From Tubiluchus corallicola (lineage: Eukaryota > Animalia > Priapulida), in the NCBI GenBank assembly GCA_030141605.1, contig JAQGDQ010000034.1:930001-994000 (forward strand): DNA of 64,000 nucleotides. Reading direction: 5' to 3'. Position numbers and translations under genes: made by a program. The notes under the pieces were generated by a model that saw nothing but the letters and a program-made list of their open reading frames with translations, did not search any database and was not told the DNA's origin. Positions 24,401 through 37,100 of this stretch are shown here, in pieces (position 1 is the stretch's first letter; every line of letters starts with the position of its first letter).

Positions 24401-27400
24401 ACGCTAAATCAGTTTCAGATTTTTTTCAGAAATGACACATTCAACCCAATTTCCTCTTACATAAACCACCAAGAAAAAGTTAAATTTTCTTTTAGTTTTT
24501 CTGTAAAACTGAAACTTCACCAAGCGCGCCATATTTGACGTTTAAGGACAGAAAAATCAATACACCCATATCTTAGTTTGCCGGACAAAAGGGGGGAGAT
24601 GTCGGTTAAAATTTGTCTGTATTTACCGATACTAAGCTAATACAGCCGGTGTTGTGTACGAGACTCACAGTAATATAGAATCAATCGCCTAATTGTCTCA
24701 AAAGCAGAAACTATCACATTAAGTACAGTTTGTTTGTAAGCAAGGTTTATCAAAGTGACTAACTAGTAATGAGCTCATTGATCAGTAGAGACTGTTTTTC
24801 CATAGTATGCGGTGTTAAAAAATTAATTCCGCTCTACACCATTTAAATAAGGAATTTAAAGGTCAAATTTAACGTAAAAACAAGTTTTTTTCTTAAACTA
24901 AAAAAGTTAATAATAACTTAAAATCTGACATTAATTTTATTAAATTTTACAGCTCCGTTCCTAACGAAATCAGGTCTCGAAGTTTTACCCTCAAAACATT
25001 TTTGTACGGTTTTGCCAGTGAACATTCGGAAAGTCGCAGACTAAACAAATATGCTAGCAATGGCTTCCTTTGATACCATGTCGTTTCTGTGACGCCGAAT
25101 TTGTAAACAATGCTACATAACGAAATGTGACACGCGATAACCAAACGTAAATGTTGCCGCAACTAGAGTGAATTTTGCTGGAATCATCTAACGAGTAAAA
25201 CACGCAAAATCAAGTTTCAGATTTTTTTCAGAAATGACACATTCAACCCAATTTCCTCTTACATAAACCACCAAGAAAAAGTTAAATTTTCTTTTAGTTT
25301 TTCTGTAAAACTGAAATTTCACCAAGCGCGCCATATTTGACCATTAAGGAAAGAAAAACGAATACACCCATATCTCAGTCTGCGGACAAAAGCGGGGAGA
25401 TGTCGGTTAAAATTTGTCTGTATTTACCGATACTAAGCTAATACAGCCGGTGTTGTGTACGAGACTCACAGTAATATAGAATCAATCGCCTAATTGTCTC
25501 AAAAGCAGAAACTATCACATTAAGTACAGTTTGTTTGTAAGCAAGGTTTATCAAAGTGACTAACTAGTAATGAGCTCATTGATCAGTAGAGACTGTTTTT
25601 CCATAGTATGCGGGACTTTTTAACGGTCCAGATTTTATCCGATTCTTCCGATATCTGCAAAAGCACAGTCCGGCAAGCCGAGATACGAGTGTACACCAGG
25701 ATACTCATTAAAACTTACATTTGGTATAGCAACCGTTATATTGCACACATTTTCCCCTGGTGTCAATTTAATCTTCACTGTCTCTATTAACCGAAGACTC
25801 GGCACTTGAACAACTACGGTACCACTTTGCGAGCTTAAATCAGCAGCATCAAGCCATACTGCTGCATCAACGTACCACGATATGTCTCCTGTTCCTGTAC
25901 AAACAGCAAAAATAATAGAAATTCACAAATTCATATGCAGGACAATCCATGCTAGGTGATTATGTTTGCAAAATGAGCTAGTAAACTGTAAGCCTTTTTA
26001 GAAAATTGACATGGCAAGTGTGGAAATCTTTTTTACAAATCTTAATCAGATTTGTAATTTCATACCTTTACGAACAGTAGCAGAAGCATCTCTAATTACT
26101 GCTGTATCAAATGCTTCTATACCAATGGTTTTCCTGCAATCGAGCATATGTCATACATATTTTAAATATGTAATCATATAATTATATCTACATTGCTTGT
26201 ATAATAAATTATAGATAACATCTTACAATAGATTTGGCTAAACTTTAAGACTATAGTGCTTTTGTAGATCGTAAATTTTTAACTTACTACCAGCTTCAAG
26301 GTAAACATATAAAGCTCAATGAATGTGTGTGTTTTTTAGTGTTTAAATACTCTGTAATTAAAACTGAGAAGAATTTCATCTGCACTTACTGCATAAACAG
26401 TGGGCTGACAATTATATCATCTCGAGCTTATGCAAAATTAACACCAATAAGCCTTTTCGCAGTTCTAGCAACTGATGATGATCGTTAAAAGTTCAAAAGT
26501 TAAGTGTACCAGACAATACATTCGTGTACACTTGACAACACCTCGCAGCCCACAATGTTGTAATAATAACAGCTTTAACAGCTGGCTAGAGTCTTATAGC
26601 AAGATCTTGCTAGTAAATCATTCTACACACAGACTAATGCATAACTAAGTAAAGTCCACTAAAACAACTGAAGCACTGAACTAATTATTTGTGTTACAAA
26701 CTACACGTAACGATTGTAGTTAAGATGCGTTGCTGTGGTACACTTAACCTATGACCTACAGCAACTGCATGTGCGCACAAAGAAGCTATGAAAAGGCTTA
26801 TTAACAATCAAATCAAATGTAATTTTCCTCCCTACATGATGTTACTCCATTTTCATTGCTTTATACACACTTATAGCACAAACTTTTAGATGTATAACCA
26901 TTCCATCTCATAAAAGTCTACTGACAATCACAGTATAACATAGATTGCAAAAATCATATTTTTCAACTACTGTACGTTACACAGTTGTCAGAAATGTAGC
27001 TGCTATTTAAACACTAAGAACTTGGCAACAATGTTATCTTTTACCATATTCCCTGGGGTGCAAAAGCAGGTCCCCAGTCCCAGCTGAAAGAACAGGGTTC
27101 TTTGCGAATGAAGTTCACATGGCATTCGCCGTGTTGAGGTGCGGCCGTGCATTCCGGTGGAACAACGTACTCGTATTCCGCTGCTTTTCTGGCAGCATAG
27201 GTGATAGCCGATTCAAACTGTATGGAAATTTTGTTCATGCCGACCTGTAGGCGAGCAATAAAAACAATTATTTGTTATAGTAATTAAAGAAGACACCCAA
27301 CACTGAGTGGCTTAACTCAATGGTAGTGTGCTTGCTTATGACACGAGGTCGTAGGTTCAACTCCTGTCAGAGTCATACCAAAGACTTGAAAAATGGCACC

Positions 27401-30400
27401 ACTTGTTCTTCCACCAAGCACACGGGTTTATCAAAATGACGTGCGGGTAATAATAATCCGGACCATATTGGAAATAAGTATAGTGTTACTTAATGTGTTA
27501 TCCATGGATTAGGTTCTAAACGAAAATATTATTATTAGAACATGGCATAGCAAACTCATCTTGCAACTGCCATATAAGGGTATATCTGATACCTTTTTTG
27601 AGAAAACGATGCTAGTACTTTAGTGGGAAAATGATAAGGGCCCAACTGCTCACAAAACCAGTTACAATTCCTATTGCATCAATTTGTAAAGTTTAAACAC
27701 TTGAGAAAAACAAGTTCATGCTTACCAACAGTGTAAATTTTTTCCCTTTCCTTCCTCAAGGAAAAAGGATGAAATAAAGAGACGAATAGCAAAGAACAAC
27801 AGTAAGAACAAACATGTACTAATTAAATGTTTTAATGCCACTTATGGGCAATAACGTTTATGATAGCATAACTTCATATAAGAACAAAAGTAACCTCATC
27901 AAATTATCTTGAAGTGAATATTATGACATTGTAAAAAGCACAACAAAATGATGATTTATGAACAAAAAAAAAAAAAAAAACGATCACTAAATCTTTAAAA
28001 GGAAAAGAATTTAATAGATTAACCCAGCATCAGCATCATTGACCTTACAGTGCCCCATAGATGTTCTAGTTTTCTTCTTGAATGTCAGTCTTTAACACTT
28101 TTCTATAATTGAAAATTTATGACTACAGACAAGAATCAAGCAAAGAGGGTTCCATGTAGATAATATAGTACATTGCACTTGCCTGCAGAGTCGGTTTGAT
28201 ATCGAAGATATAGCGCACAAACATATTTTCGGTATTCCCAACATGTTTACCATTTATAGAAACAGAAGCTACTGTATCCAATCCTTCACAAACAAGCTGT
28301 ACTTTATCTTTCTTCAAGGTGTCACTGTCAACTAAACCAAAAAAAGAAATCGTATGAAGACCTCTAGCGAAATATCCCCTTGGCAGTAACATATATACAA
28401 CTGTAGCTAGATACAAATCATGTCATGTTTTTCTTGGAACAGTTAATGCAGCTTTTGGTAACATTTCAATGCATTTAGATTCTTTTGTGTAATTCTAATT
28501 TTAACAATAGCAATAATAACAGTAGCAGCAGCAGCAGCAACAACAACAACAGCAACAACAACAACAATAACAACAACAACTGCCTAAGTTATGAGCATGG
28601 AACATTAAAATAAGTGAACAAGAATCTATCATAGAGAGTTTGCACCCATCCCTCATCTGATACTTTATTGTGCTCATAACTGCAATGAATGATAAGATTG
28701 ACCACTTGGAGCTATTGTTGGAATGGGTCCAATAGTTACTTAACAGAGAACTTATTATAACTAATTGCAAGTTTGGCAGCTAAACTTTAGATCAAACGTG
28801 TTGTGGAGATCGATAGCATTCATTAGAATTGAATAGAAAATTGTAGAATGTTCCATAGTATAGTAGAACAATCTTCTTACCCTGTAGAAGTTTCGAGAAC
28901 TTTCTATTTCTAGACTGTTCCTTTGCACTGATATATAAGGCGGAGCTCGCCGCTGGAGTTTATTCCCTTGTATCCTTGTAGTCTCAGATTCTCAGATACG
29001 CTTTCTCGCTTTCACGTTTCCAGATTATCACATTTACTTTAAACATTTCGCGTTCCGTCATACTTTTGTGTTGTAGAATTCTCCCAGAATAAACTAGTTT
29101 AATTTGATGACGTGTTTTTTGGTTTTCTCTATGAGCCGTCCGAGAGAAACAAAACACAACAAAACGGGGCATCTCAATCATCTTCATTAACAATGCAAAG
29201 AGGTCTACAACTAAAATTTTTGCCGAAAAGGCATGCATAGTAAAGTAGCTGGATATCATGGTTTCTGCTTAATCACTGAAATCTGAAAATGAAGTGAAAT
29301 TAACTAAAATCTCACCTTCAAATGTTCTTATATAAGTCCAATTATCTTTAGCAATCCAGCGATAGTCAACATCATTAAATCGGTAGTATGGATCGTTAAT
29401 AACACCAGCATCTCTCAATGCTGTATGTATAGAACCAGGCACCGTACCATTTACTGTAATACCTAATAGAAAAATTGAAATATTTGGAGTGAACTTTTTC
29501 ATGAACTTGTTACTTAATACAAATTTTAATTAAAACTGTAGCATGCTTAGAATGAAGATTACTGCGAAAAAATATATGTGTGCTTGCAAACCAAAACCGT
29601 CCATAAGTCGACATGTTAAAACCACGTCATGATGCTTCAAAGTAGAATGCAGCAAAAATTTAGTCAATTGTCAATTTTTCTTTTATAAAAAATGCTAAAT
29701 ATGTTGAATTTTTATATCCTAGCATCAAATTATCTAAAAAATGTTCAAAAAATACTAAACGTCCAATTTTTTAATCCCATACCCAGTTTTCTGGCCTTTC
29801 CTTTGGATTATCTCAGCTTAGAAAAATAACATAGAGTGATGAACTTGGTGTCAAAATGATCCTCATGAAATGGAGATTCAGAATATGTGAATAACTAGAA
29901 AAACTAAATTGTCGACTTGTTGACGATTTTGCTATGCAAGCACGCATTATCAGCAGAATTAATTTATAGGTGCAGTGTCTTGTAGGCCAAGACGGCATTT
30001 AGACAATAACACACTAGATGCTTTTGTTTCTTCACATTTTGTAATAATTACACTATCATTACTATTTAGTGATAAGCAAAAAATTGTCTATTTTATATTA
30101 CTGTAGAAATAATCATAGTCAACGGTCAACTGAGATACCTTACTAAGCATTGCAGTATAATGCAGGCCTAGTATGTGTGGTAGTCTAGTGGTTGTCAATT
30201 CACCAGCATAGTAAGTTAACACTATCATCTGAATCTGAACGTAGATAGCAGGGCATTTCTTTAGGAATATTAGGGTAGTACGCATGCGTGGCAGTGAGAT
30301 AACATCATCTACCACAGATTAATACACTTCCGTTCAATGTCAGATAAATTTTTTGTATCGCTGCTCTAAACTTCACTATGTCTGAAATTTGCACATGTGA

Positions 30401-31075
30401 AGATGAATTATTCCAATGGATGACTCAACACGGTATAAATGAATAGTTAAGACACTGGTAGCATTGAAGATGCGAATTACGGCCTTCAGTGGTAGCTCTG
30501 GTAATTAATATGTCACTATTAATATCTACATAATAAATATCAGCCGTGAATAATGGTATACCATAATATACAGCATTGCCGCTTTGCTAGAGTTAAAATT
30601 TTTAGGCCAGAAATGATTATGTTAATACTATAGTTCTGCTGCATAGTTTTATAGTCTGCTACACATCATACATGAGAAAAGATACAAGACAATGTTAACG
30701 ATAAGAACTCCCATTACTGGACCGCACATTTTGTATTCTGTAACTACGTTTAATAACCAAAGTCCAGTGTAATGATGTAACTGTGGGTTCCAGATTTCAA
30801 TCTTTCATTTCTGACTAGGGACTGTCGGGCTAGTATTAGATGCTAGAAAACTGCAACATTAATAATAATGATGATGACAGTGTTAGACTACTGTAAAATG
30901 TTAAGATGACATAACAAGGTTGTAGTAAAACCATTGGTCTTAACTTACTAGAGTTAGCATTTCTGACTAACCATGTGCCATCTAAAGTAGTCAAGCCACA
31001 AGAAATGCACCCAAAAAAAGCGAAGCAAACAAATAGGTGTAAATAATGTCCACTGAGCTGGCGAAATGTTTTCAT
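9442..31075 (-). CDS. MANBA: Beta-mannosidase (glycoside hydrolase family 2), 17 coding exons, ~892 aa
   Basis: Exons: 31075-30949, 29462-29316, 28331-28183, 27244-27045, 26133-26066, 25894-25719, 23880-23715, 22709-22545, 21957-21818, 18146-18067, 17722-17532, 15964-15785, 14581-14475, 13116-12984, 12595-12372 (donor uncertain), 11533-11348, 9681-9442; phases consistent. Signal peptide, then [55 protein letters not shown] (acid/base Glu), FISEYGFQS (nucleophile Glu), [21 protein letters not shown]. Confidence 0.96.
10042..10324. mobile_element. pogo/Tigger-type MITE (shorter copy)
   Basis: TA|CAGCCAACCTCGGATATAAGGGACAC...CCTTATACCCGGTTGACTA|TA; homologous to 55111-55502. Confidence 0.8.
13307..13821. 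mobile_element. hAT-type MITE with perfect 8-bp TSD
   Basis: TIRs CAGGGATGACAAT / ATTCTCATCCTTG; TSD CAGTGATC at 13299-13306 and 13822-13829; other copies at 22810-23316 and ~62650-62744. Confidence 0.92.
14021..14209. mobile_element. Small TIR element with degenerate telomere-like TTAGGR repeats inside
   Basis: Ends AAGTTTACAAATCCCCA / TGGGGAATTGTTAACTCC are imperfect inverted repeats; related right half at ~36260-36342. Confidence 0.55.
14700..14985 (-). mobile_element. 5S rRNA-derived SINE (SINE3-like) or 5S pseudogene fragment
   Basis: Minus strand GAAGTTAAGCGATGTCAAGTCTGGTTCAGTGAATGGATGGGTGACCGCC (~14968-14919) resembles the 5S internal control region (box A, IE, box C), followed by a non-5S body; 3' boundary approximate. 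Confidence 0.7.
18655..19312. mobile_element. Dispersed repeat, possibly a Helentron-associated (DINE-1/HINE-like) element
   Basis: ~600-bp homology with 61885-62470; ends TTTGATGTATAGATCGTCGAAAATGG, short ATATCTATAC repeat, TTAATATATAGGAT. Family assignment is inference. Confidence 0.7.
21151..21707. repeat. ~10 x 51-bp tandem array enclosed by inverted termini
   Basis: Unit CAGTACCCCATGAAACACGAATCATTTACTGCACCAAGCAGAAAAATCCGT; left end TTTGAGAAAAAACTGTCAGTACCCTTTGAAACA mirrored by TGTTTCATGGGGTACTGACAGATTTTTCTCAAA. Confidence 0.92.
22810..23316. mobile_element. hAT-type MITE, second full copy
   Basis: TIRs CAAGGATGAGAAT / ATTCTCATCCCTG; highly similar to 13307-13821; flanks share only 6 bp (CAACTC). 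Confidence 0.9.
24365..25693. mobile_element. Composite repeat: two ~447-bp direct repeats overlapping a TA-flanked TIR element
   Basis: 24365-24812 nearly identical to 25166-25612; left TIR TACACCCATATCT..G..TGC(C)GGAC at 24561 and 25363, right TIR GTCCGGCAAGCCGAGATACGAGTGTA at 25668-25693. Confidence 0.8.
27305..27530 (+). mobile_element. tRNA-derived SINE remnant
   Basis: A-box-like TAACTCAATGG and B-box GGTTCAACTCC, then AGTCATACCAAAGACTTGAAAAATGG body; no complete cloverleaf. 3' end approximate. Confidence 0.65.
28503..28580. repeat. (CAA/CAG/TAA)n microsatellite
   Basis: Trinucleotide run; source of the poly-Cys ORF 28501-28770. Confidence 0.95.
28799..29161 (+). mobile_element. Solo LTR (363 bp) with 5-bp TSD
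   Basis: Starts TGTTGTG, ends CACAACA; AAACG at 28794-28798 and 29162-29166; TATATAAG near 28933 and AATAAA near 29088. Confidence 0.9.
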
Positions 31076-32071
31076 TTTTTCACCCAGTATCTAAAACGGC
31101 GTTTCCAAAACGTTCCGCAATTTATTTAAGTCATTCATCTCTTAGTAATCACATGTTAAAAATGCAAACAAAACGCCTCCAACATTCTGCTGCCATCTGT
31201 TGGCGGACCTAGTAATAGTTAGACGTACTAGACTATGGGCAACCCTTGATATACGTTTAAGTTTTCTTTGTTGTGGCAAGGTTGGATGAGATCCTTGACA
31301 TCTCATCAAATATAACCCAGCTAAGGCTTTTATCCCTGCAAAAACACATGCTTTAATGACTAAAAACGCAGTCATGAATGACGTAACTTTCAATGTGCAT
31401 TCTATTGCCACCTCTGGCAGAAATAGGTAATAATTGTGTGCATCATGACCTACATATTATGAATCAGTGTGATGTTGGATTGACTGGTTTGATCAGTGAA
31501 CCTAATCTATTTTTATTACAAGTTTAATCAAGTTGCTGAAAGAATTCACACTCAGATCTGTATGGAAGAAATTTCCAGGCTAAAGAGCAGAGAAGCCTCT
31601 TAGAGATTTATCATTTTTATCTATTTTACGTTTATCACTTTTATTAGCTCTTTATGCAATAACTATTAAGAAATTATACTTTTGAACCCTTGGAAATGAT
31701 TGTAACAGCCTGGTTGATTCATTATTATGCAATGCTGTTCGTACATTTCTATGCGGCAGCATCAAAAATAAAACAGAAACACTATATAGTATAAACACTT
31801 TAGTTTTCAAAACAGAGACAGGATATTATTAAACATTTACATACATTAGTCTAGAATAGTTATAATAAGCATGCTGTTGTCGTGGCGTGCAGTTATCTAT
31901 TAAAGGAGCACTTGCTTATAATGAATCCATTTTTTTGTCAACAGATGTCTATATACATTCAGAAATTGTTATCAAAGTAAGAGAAACTAATGCACATTTA
32001 ACAATTAATTAAGATCTGGTAAATTAATAAATTGTCTAGCACTGCACAAAACTGTCTAATAGCAAAATTGT

Positions 32072-35000
32072 TTAAGTAGTTGTTATTGTCTGTTCTGGTT
32101 GTTGGCCAAACAAAGAACTAAACAGATCATTTTTACTATCTTCTGTGAAAGAGCAGTTGTCTACAGGTGCCATGAAGTTAACAAGTTTTTTGTGCACGTC
32201 GAATCTGACCCGTCTGCCCTTGCTAGCTTTAGTATCGACCTTCCTCTTCACTTTACTACGCAATTTCTGAATTTCCAGCCACTGTCGGCTTAGTTCAATG
32301 GGGTCGGTTATATCCGCAGTTTTGCGTTCTATGAGTTCTCGTAGTTGCTGATGATAAAAGTCCTCATCGTTAAAAATCTCAGGATCATATGATTTTAAAT
32401 TCTCTTCCTCATCTTTTGTTTGAATTCCATCAATGGAACCATTGCCCAAGGCATCAGAGTTGCTAGACGGTTGTTCCGTTTCGCGTTTTCCAACGACCGA
32501 AAGCGACGTTCTCTGCAGCTGGGTTCTCTTTAGCAATCGATTCTTATCTGCTAGAATCTGTTCTATTTGTTTTAAGATCGACTGGCCAAAGATGCCGGAC
32601 TGCTTGTCTTTTATCCTGGATGAAACCAGTCGAGTTTTGTCGTTCCATTTTTGTATTGCACTGTTCCTGTACGATTGAAAACTCTGATGTCTCTTGGCAA
32701 GAAAATCGGGATATTCGCTCATCGGCAACTTCCGTTTCACAGCACGTCTCTCGACTGCTTTATCTTCAACTTCGTCTTCTTCGCTCGTGATTTCATCATC
32801 ACGAGCAGATTTCTTCGCTACATTTTTGCTATCTTTGCGGCCGGTTACCACATAGTTGGTATCCGCATTTTGGAGCAGCAATTTTGTCTGCAAATGTATC
32901 ATATTGTCCAGCAAGTTTTTCAGTTTTTGCTGTATATTTTGCAGAGACACTGATTGGTCAGATGATAGATGAGATACGTACTTCACCCAGGAATTATATT
33001 GCGGAAACTGATTGATTAACTGTACAAGCTTTTGTAATTTTATGCGTGCTTCTAACAGGCTGTCCCACAAGGAAAGCTGTTTTACGGTAGCTTTTCCCCT
33101 TACTAAGTCGTCATTAATGCTGACACTAGAAAAACTTTTGATAACGCTATCAGAAGAACCGTGTTTTGCAACTGCAGTTCCTGGAGATAATCTATCATCA
33201 TTTTCAACATCACTATCAGAATTGCTGTTGAAATCATCATCACCGTCATCATCACTACCACCGTTATCATCATCGTTGTCATTATCGGTATCAGTTTTAT
33301 CAGCGTCATCATCACTGTCTCTCTCGCTACTAGACAGGTATGCTGTTGCACTATCGACAACATTTCCATGAAGCGAATGCCTGTCTTGATTGCTTACAAT
33401 TTGCAGCATATCTTCACCGATGTCATCATTATCATTTTCGTCATCACTGCTGTCATCAGAATGCTGAAACAACAAAGGAATTAGAATATCGGTGAGAACG
33501 ACATTAAAGTAACGGTATACAATAATGCAAATTTACATTTTATAGATACTGTTTTTGCAACTTCTGTTTTAGTAAACACAAATTAGCATCAAATTAGAAT
33601 GCTGTTTGGATGTTTTCATTTCTCACTGCATAAAAAAACACCAGGCCGGCCACAAAAAAATTTGTTTCCATCTTACCTCATGAGCTCAAAAGATGTCACT
33701 GGGGAGGGAGGACAGAATTTTTTCAAAGCTGAATTGTGGAACATTTAAAATCAGTTGACATCAAAGTTTGTTTATTTCCCACTAGTTAGCAGTAATGTTT
33801 TAATTTTTTTCAATGCGCATTTGTCACACTTTGTTTTTTAGTTTTTTGTTTCACATTACTAAATTATCATATAATTATCAATTATCGTACAGTCTCTTTT
33901 TTGTACAGCATGAATGTATGCTCAGATAAATCTGGTATAAGCTGCAACACTACTAATTATAAAATCTAATATACTAATACTGCAACAATACTAATTACAC
34001 ATTACTCATGCTGATTTGGTGGAAAGAACGCATGCGATTATCAACATCATACAAAGTGGCAACACTGGTCGAGAGTTAGACATGGTGATTGTTGGTCTGC
34101 ATGCTAGACCAATGCTAGAAGAAATTCTAATTTAATCATGAAAAGGCAGCATGCATACTGTCTCAGAGTGCAGAGGAAACTGCAGTTAACAATGAATTTT
34201 TTTGAGCAGTCAGTAAGATGCAACACAAACGTAAGAAAACACAAACCTTAAGATGTTTACGTAAGACTGTTTTCCCTGCATAGCGGCGACTGTGTTCGGA
34301 TAATAGCGGCACATTACGCCTACGGAGAGAGCTTGTACTGGTACCGGCAAGTGTCTGATCATCGCCTTCACTGTCTACATAAATCAACATGTTATGCACA
34401 TTATTATAGTCATTTAAAGGTATAATATAACCTAGCCACATCATAAAACAGATTTGCTTTCAGTACTTGTTTACCTAAACCCAATTTGAAATTGACATGG
34501 CTAATTATGTAATCACAAATTATTTGACTCACAATGATTCATTAGTCACAGGAGATTCGAATTGACTACAATAAAAATAGTTAATATATTGAATTTGTAC
34601 ACATAGTAAAAGTAGTTAACAATGTCCTACAGTGGTAACGTCATTCCAGAGATTGGGACCACTAGACGTACAAGGCTGATTTGAACAATGCAAAGTTTTT
34701 ACACAGGTTAGTACAGTAAAAATCCTTCATTAGATATTAGCCTATAAGATGAATGGCATAAAAAAAGTTCACAGATGGCCTGTGAACATCATTATGTAAT
34801 GCTCGGAACACAAGAGTTAAAATTTTAAAAATAATATGACATCTAACAAGCAACCAGTGCAGACGATACAAGATAGGCGAGATGTGACAAGACAAGTTGC
34901 CATTCACAAGACATACAGCATTATTTCGTATTCGGCATAAACCATGAGATTTGTCTAAGGCAAAGTAGCTTTTTAGCTTTTGTAACTGAAAAATGCATCA

Positions 35001-35491
35001 GGCAAACATAGAATATTATGGTAGTAACCCAAAACTGAAGGAAAACTGCCAAATATTATCAGAGCAATTATAAAATGAAAAAACAAACTACATACAAAAG
35101 CACACATATACAGGAGTGTAAATTGTTTTTGATAAATTTTAAAATGCATGTCAGATATGAATCAGTGTACATGTGGATGTCTTGAAAAAATGTGTCAAGT
35201 TATTGAACCGAAACCTTTAGTTATTTTACAACTAAGCAGTTTAGACATGTTGTAAGATAATCATGCAATAAGCATCAAATGATTTAATGAGTAGATGTAT
35301 CTTTGAATTTCTAAGAAAGTCATCTGACTACTTAGGTGTTAAGAAGCTCCTGTTTTTACAACAAAGTTGCAATTGCTTATACCCTTTTCTACAAGTTTGG
35401 CTGAAGATTCATGATTCATATCATCTTCTGGATCATGCAGGGATGATACTGGTTTGGTAAGTTCTGCAAGCCTGTCTGCTAGTGAAGCCAT
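32072..35491 (-). CDS. AATF: AATF / Che-1 / Bfr2 nucleolar protein, ~542 aa
   Basis: Exons 35491-35383 (MASLADRLAEL..DPEDD), 34374-34247 (RYAGKTVLRK), 33463-32072; phases consistent. Acidic tract, KQLSLWDSLLEARIKLQK, IFNDEDFYHQQLRELIERK, C-terminal TRAUB-type VDTKASKGRRVRFDVHKKLVNFMAP...LFSSLFG. Confidence 0.95.
34550..35110 (-). mobile_element. Decayed CR1/L2-group LINE 3' fragment
   Basis: Minus strand near 34660-34630 reads GPNLWNDV, resembling the ORF2 C-terminal GPxLWNxL motif; frame broken; boundaries approximate. Confidence 0.4.
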
Positions 35492-35614
35492 GACACACAA
35501 TGTTCTCTGCTAGTGGCTTCAACACAAATCTTGGGAAGCACCTATAAATAATGCTAATATAAATGAAGTAATTTATTTTCACGATCAGGTACCAATTTCA
35601 AAAATGTACAGGTT

Positions 35615-36240
35615 TTCAATCAAAAATTTCACTCCAGCAATACATATACAATACATCAACATACAATATTACTGAAACAAAAAGAAACAATATAGGTAAA
35701 AAAACGTCGATGAAGTCAAATTAACCAAATAAAAGAGTTGCCGTATGACACCTTGAAAGCTTGGCTTGTTAAGGTGGCACAAATGAGTGAATGAAAGAAT
35801 GGTTAGGGTAAGTAGACATGATGGAATGGAAAAAAAATAGTAAGATTAGGGATAGGAAGAAGGAAAAGAGGAGAAGAAACGACCACAGTGTATGTTTAAT
35901 TTACATAGAGGTATATTAAAATAGCATTATAATTGATTGGAGGCCATATATTGCGACTGAATGAGACATGGAACCATTAAAATTGTATTATAAGTATGAA
36001 TCAATAATGGTCCTTTTCAAGTACTTTTTGAAACTATAAATAGTTTTGTGTATTTTTACTTGGGAACTTATTTTATTCCAGTTATCGGCGACTGTGAATT
36101 TAATAAAGTGCCTGGCACTATTAGTACGACAGTAAGGGACACGATATTCGGTGAACCTTGTAAAGTAATGTTTAGGATTTGTTGTAATGGGATTTGCAAA
36201 GGAAGTGGGAAACAAGTTGTAGTATGTCTTGTATGCAAGA
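35615..36240 (-). mobile_element. CR1/L2-group LINE 3' end
   Basis: ORF 35988-36215 HYFTR...PYCRTNSARHFIKFTVADNWNKIS...IYSFKKYLK matches the typical ORF2 C-terminus; pyrimidine-rich 3' UTR follows. Confidence 0.7.
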
Positions 36241-36699
36241 AATTAGTTTGTGAAGCAGAGTAGGATTAGGGTTGGAGTTGGGGTTAGGGTCGTGTTGGGG
36301 TTAATAAGGTTTTTATATTGTGTGGGAAATTGTAAACTCCATCTAGTAGGTGTAGAATAGCAATGACAATAATAGTTTTTATATTAAAAGCTTCTGGCCA
36401 GTGTGCTTCTTGAGCTGCTGTTTCAGTTAGAATAGAAGTGTAACGGAAATGTGAAATCATTATTGTTACGATATTAACTCCTGCAGATCAAAGGCTGCTA
36501 CAACTAGTCCTAAGTTACTTCAAGAACCATACTTGCAAATTACAATCTTTTGTTAAGTTACAGTGGATCCGCTCCACATCAAAGTTTGTCGGCAAAATGG
36601 TTACGCAGATGCTTCAATCAACACAAATGAGCGGTTAATCACGAAGGAAATTTTTTTTCACAAATTTACTGAATCAACTAGTCAAGTGGCTAAATCCCC

Positions 36700-37100
36700 T
36701 AGTAAAATGTAAGTGGTTAATTTAAATTAGTTTTTAACTAGGTAATTTAGATCGACTTACCAAGAATCCTATGATGACTGAAATATAGTTTATTTCACTT
36801 TTTTGAAGAAGTTTAGATTTTTGCTAACTGTGTGGTTTAACATGCCTACATTGACAATAAGGAAAATCTTACCTGTTGGCTCATCGACGGGTTAATGTGA
36901 TTTCTTTTTTATCAAGGACTGCGATGTTATTAATGGAGAAATGGGAAATTAAAAATTTCAGTCCTCACAAACTGAGTATCGAAAATTTGAGTGTCTACGG
37001 GGCTTCTATAAGTGTACTCGCTTAACCCTTATTACAACAGTATAACAGTAAAAGTTTATTTTAGTTTTGATGATTGTACAACTGTGTAATCTTATAAAAT
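36700..37100. promoter_or_regulatory. Probable bidirectional promoter region of AATF and the GT7 gene
   Basis: Minus-strand donors CAG|GTAAGA (~36872) and TTG|GTAAGT (~36760) upstream of the AATF acceptor at 35542; plus-strand donors at ~37783 and ~39246 upstream of the GT7 acceptor at 40312. Inferred from divergent geometry only. Confidence 0.4.

Noticed and set aside
27305-27380. Functional tRNA gene
   Set aside because: Only A/B boxes are recognisable; no proper acceptor stem or poly-T terminator; continues into a SINE-like body.
28501-28770. Cys-rich, metallothionein-like ORF
   Set aside because: Translation of a CAA/CAG microsatellite.
32099-33371. Antisense and alternative-frame ORFs over AATF (similarly over the GT7, PSTK and unknown genes)
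   Set aside because: Shadows of real coding exons with no independent motifs.
36260-36305. Interstitial telomere
   Set aside because: Short degenerate TTAGGG-like runs here and at ~14048-14178 and ~44926-44930 region sit inside small TIR elements.
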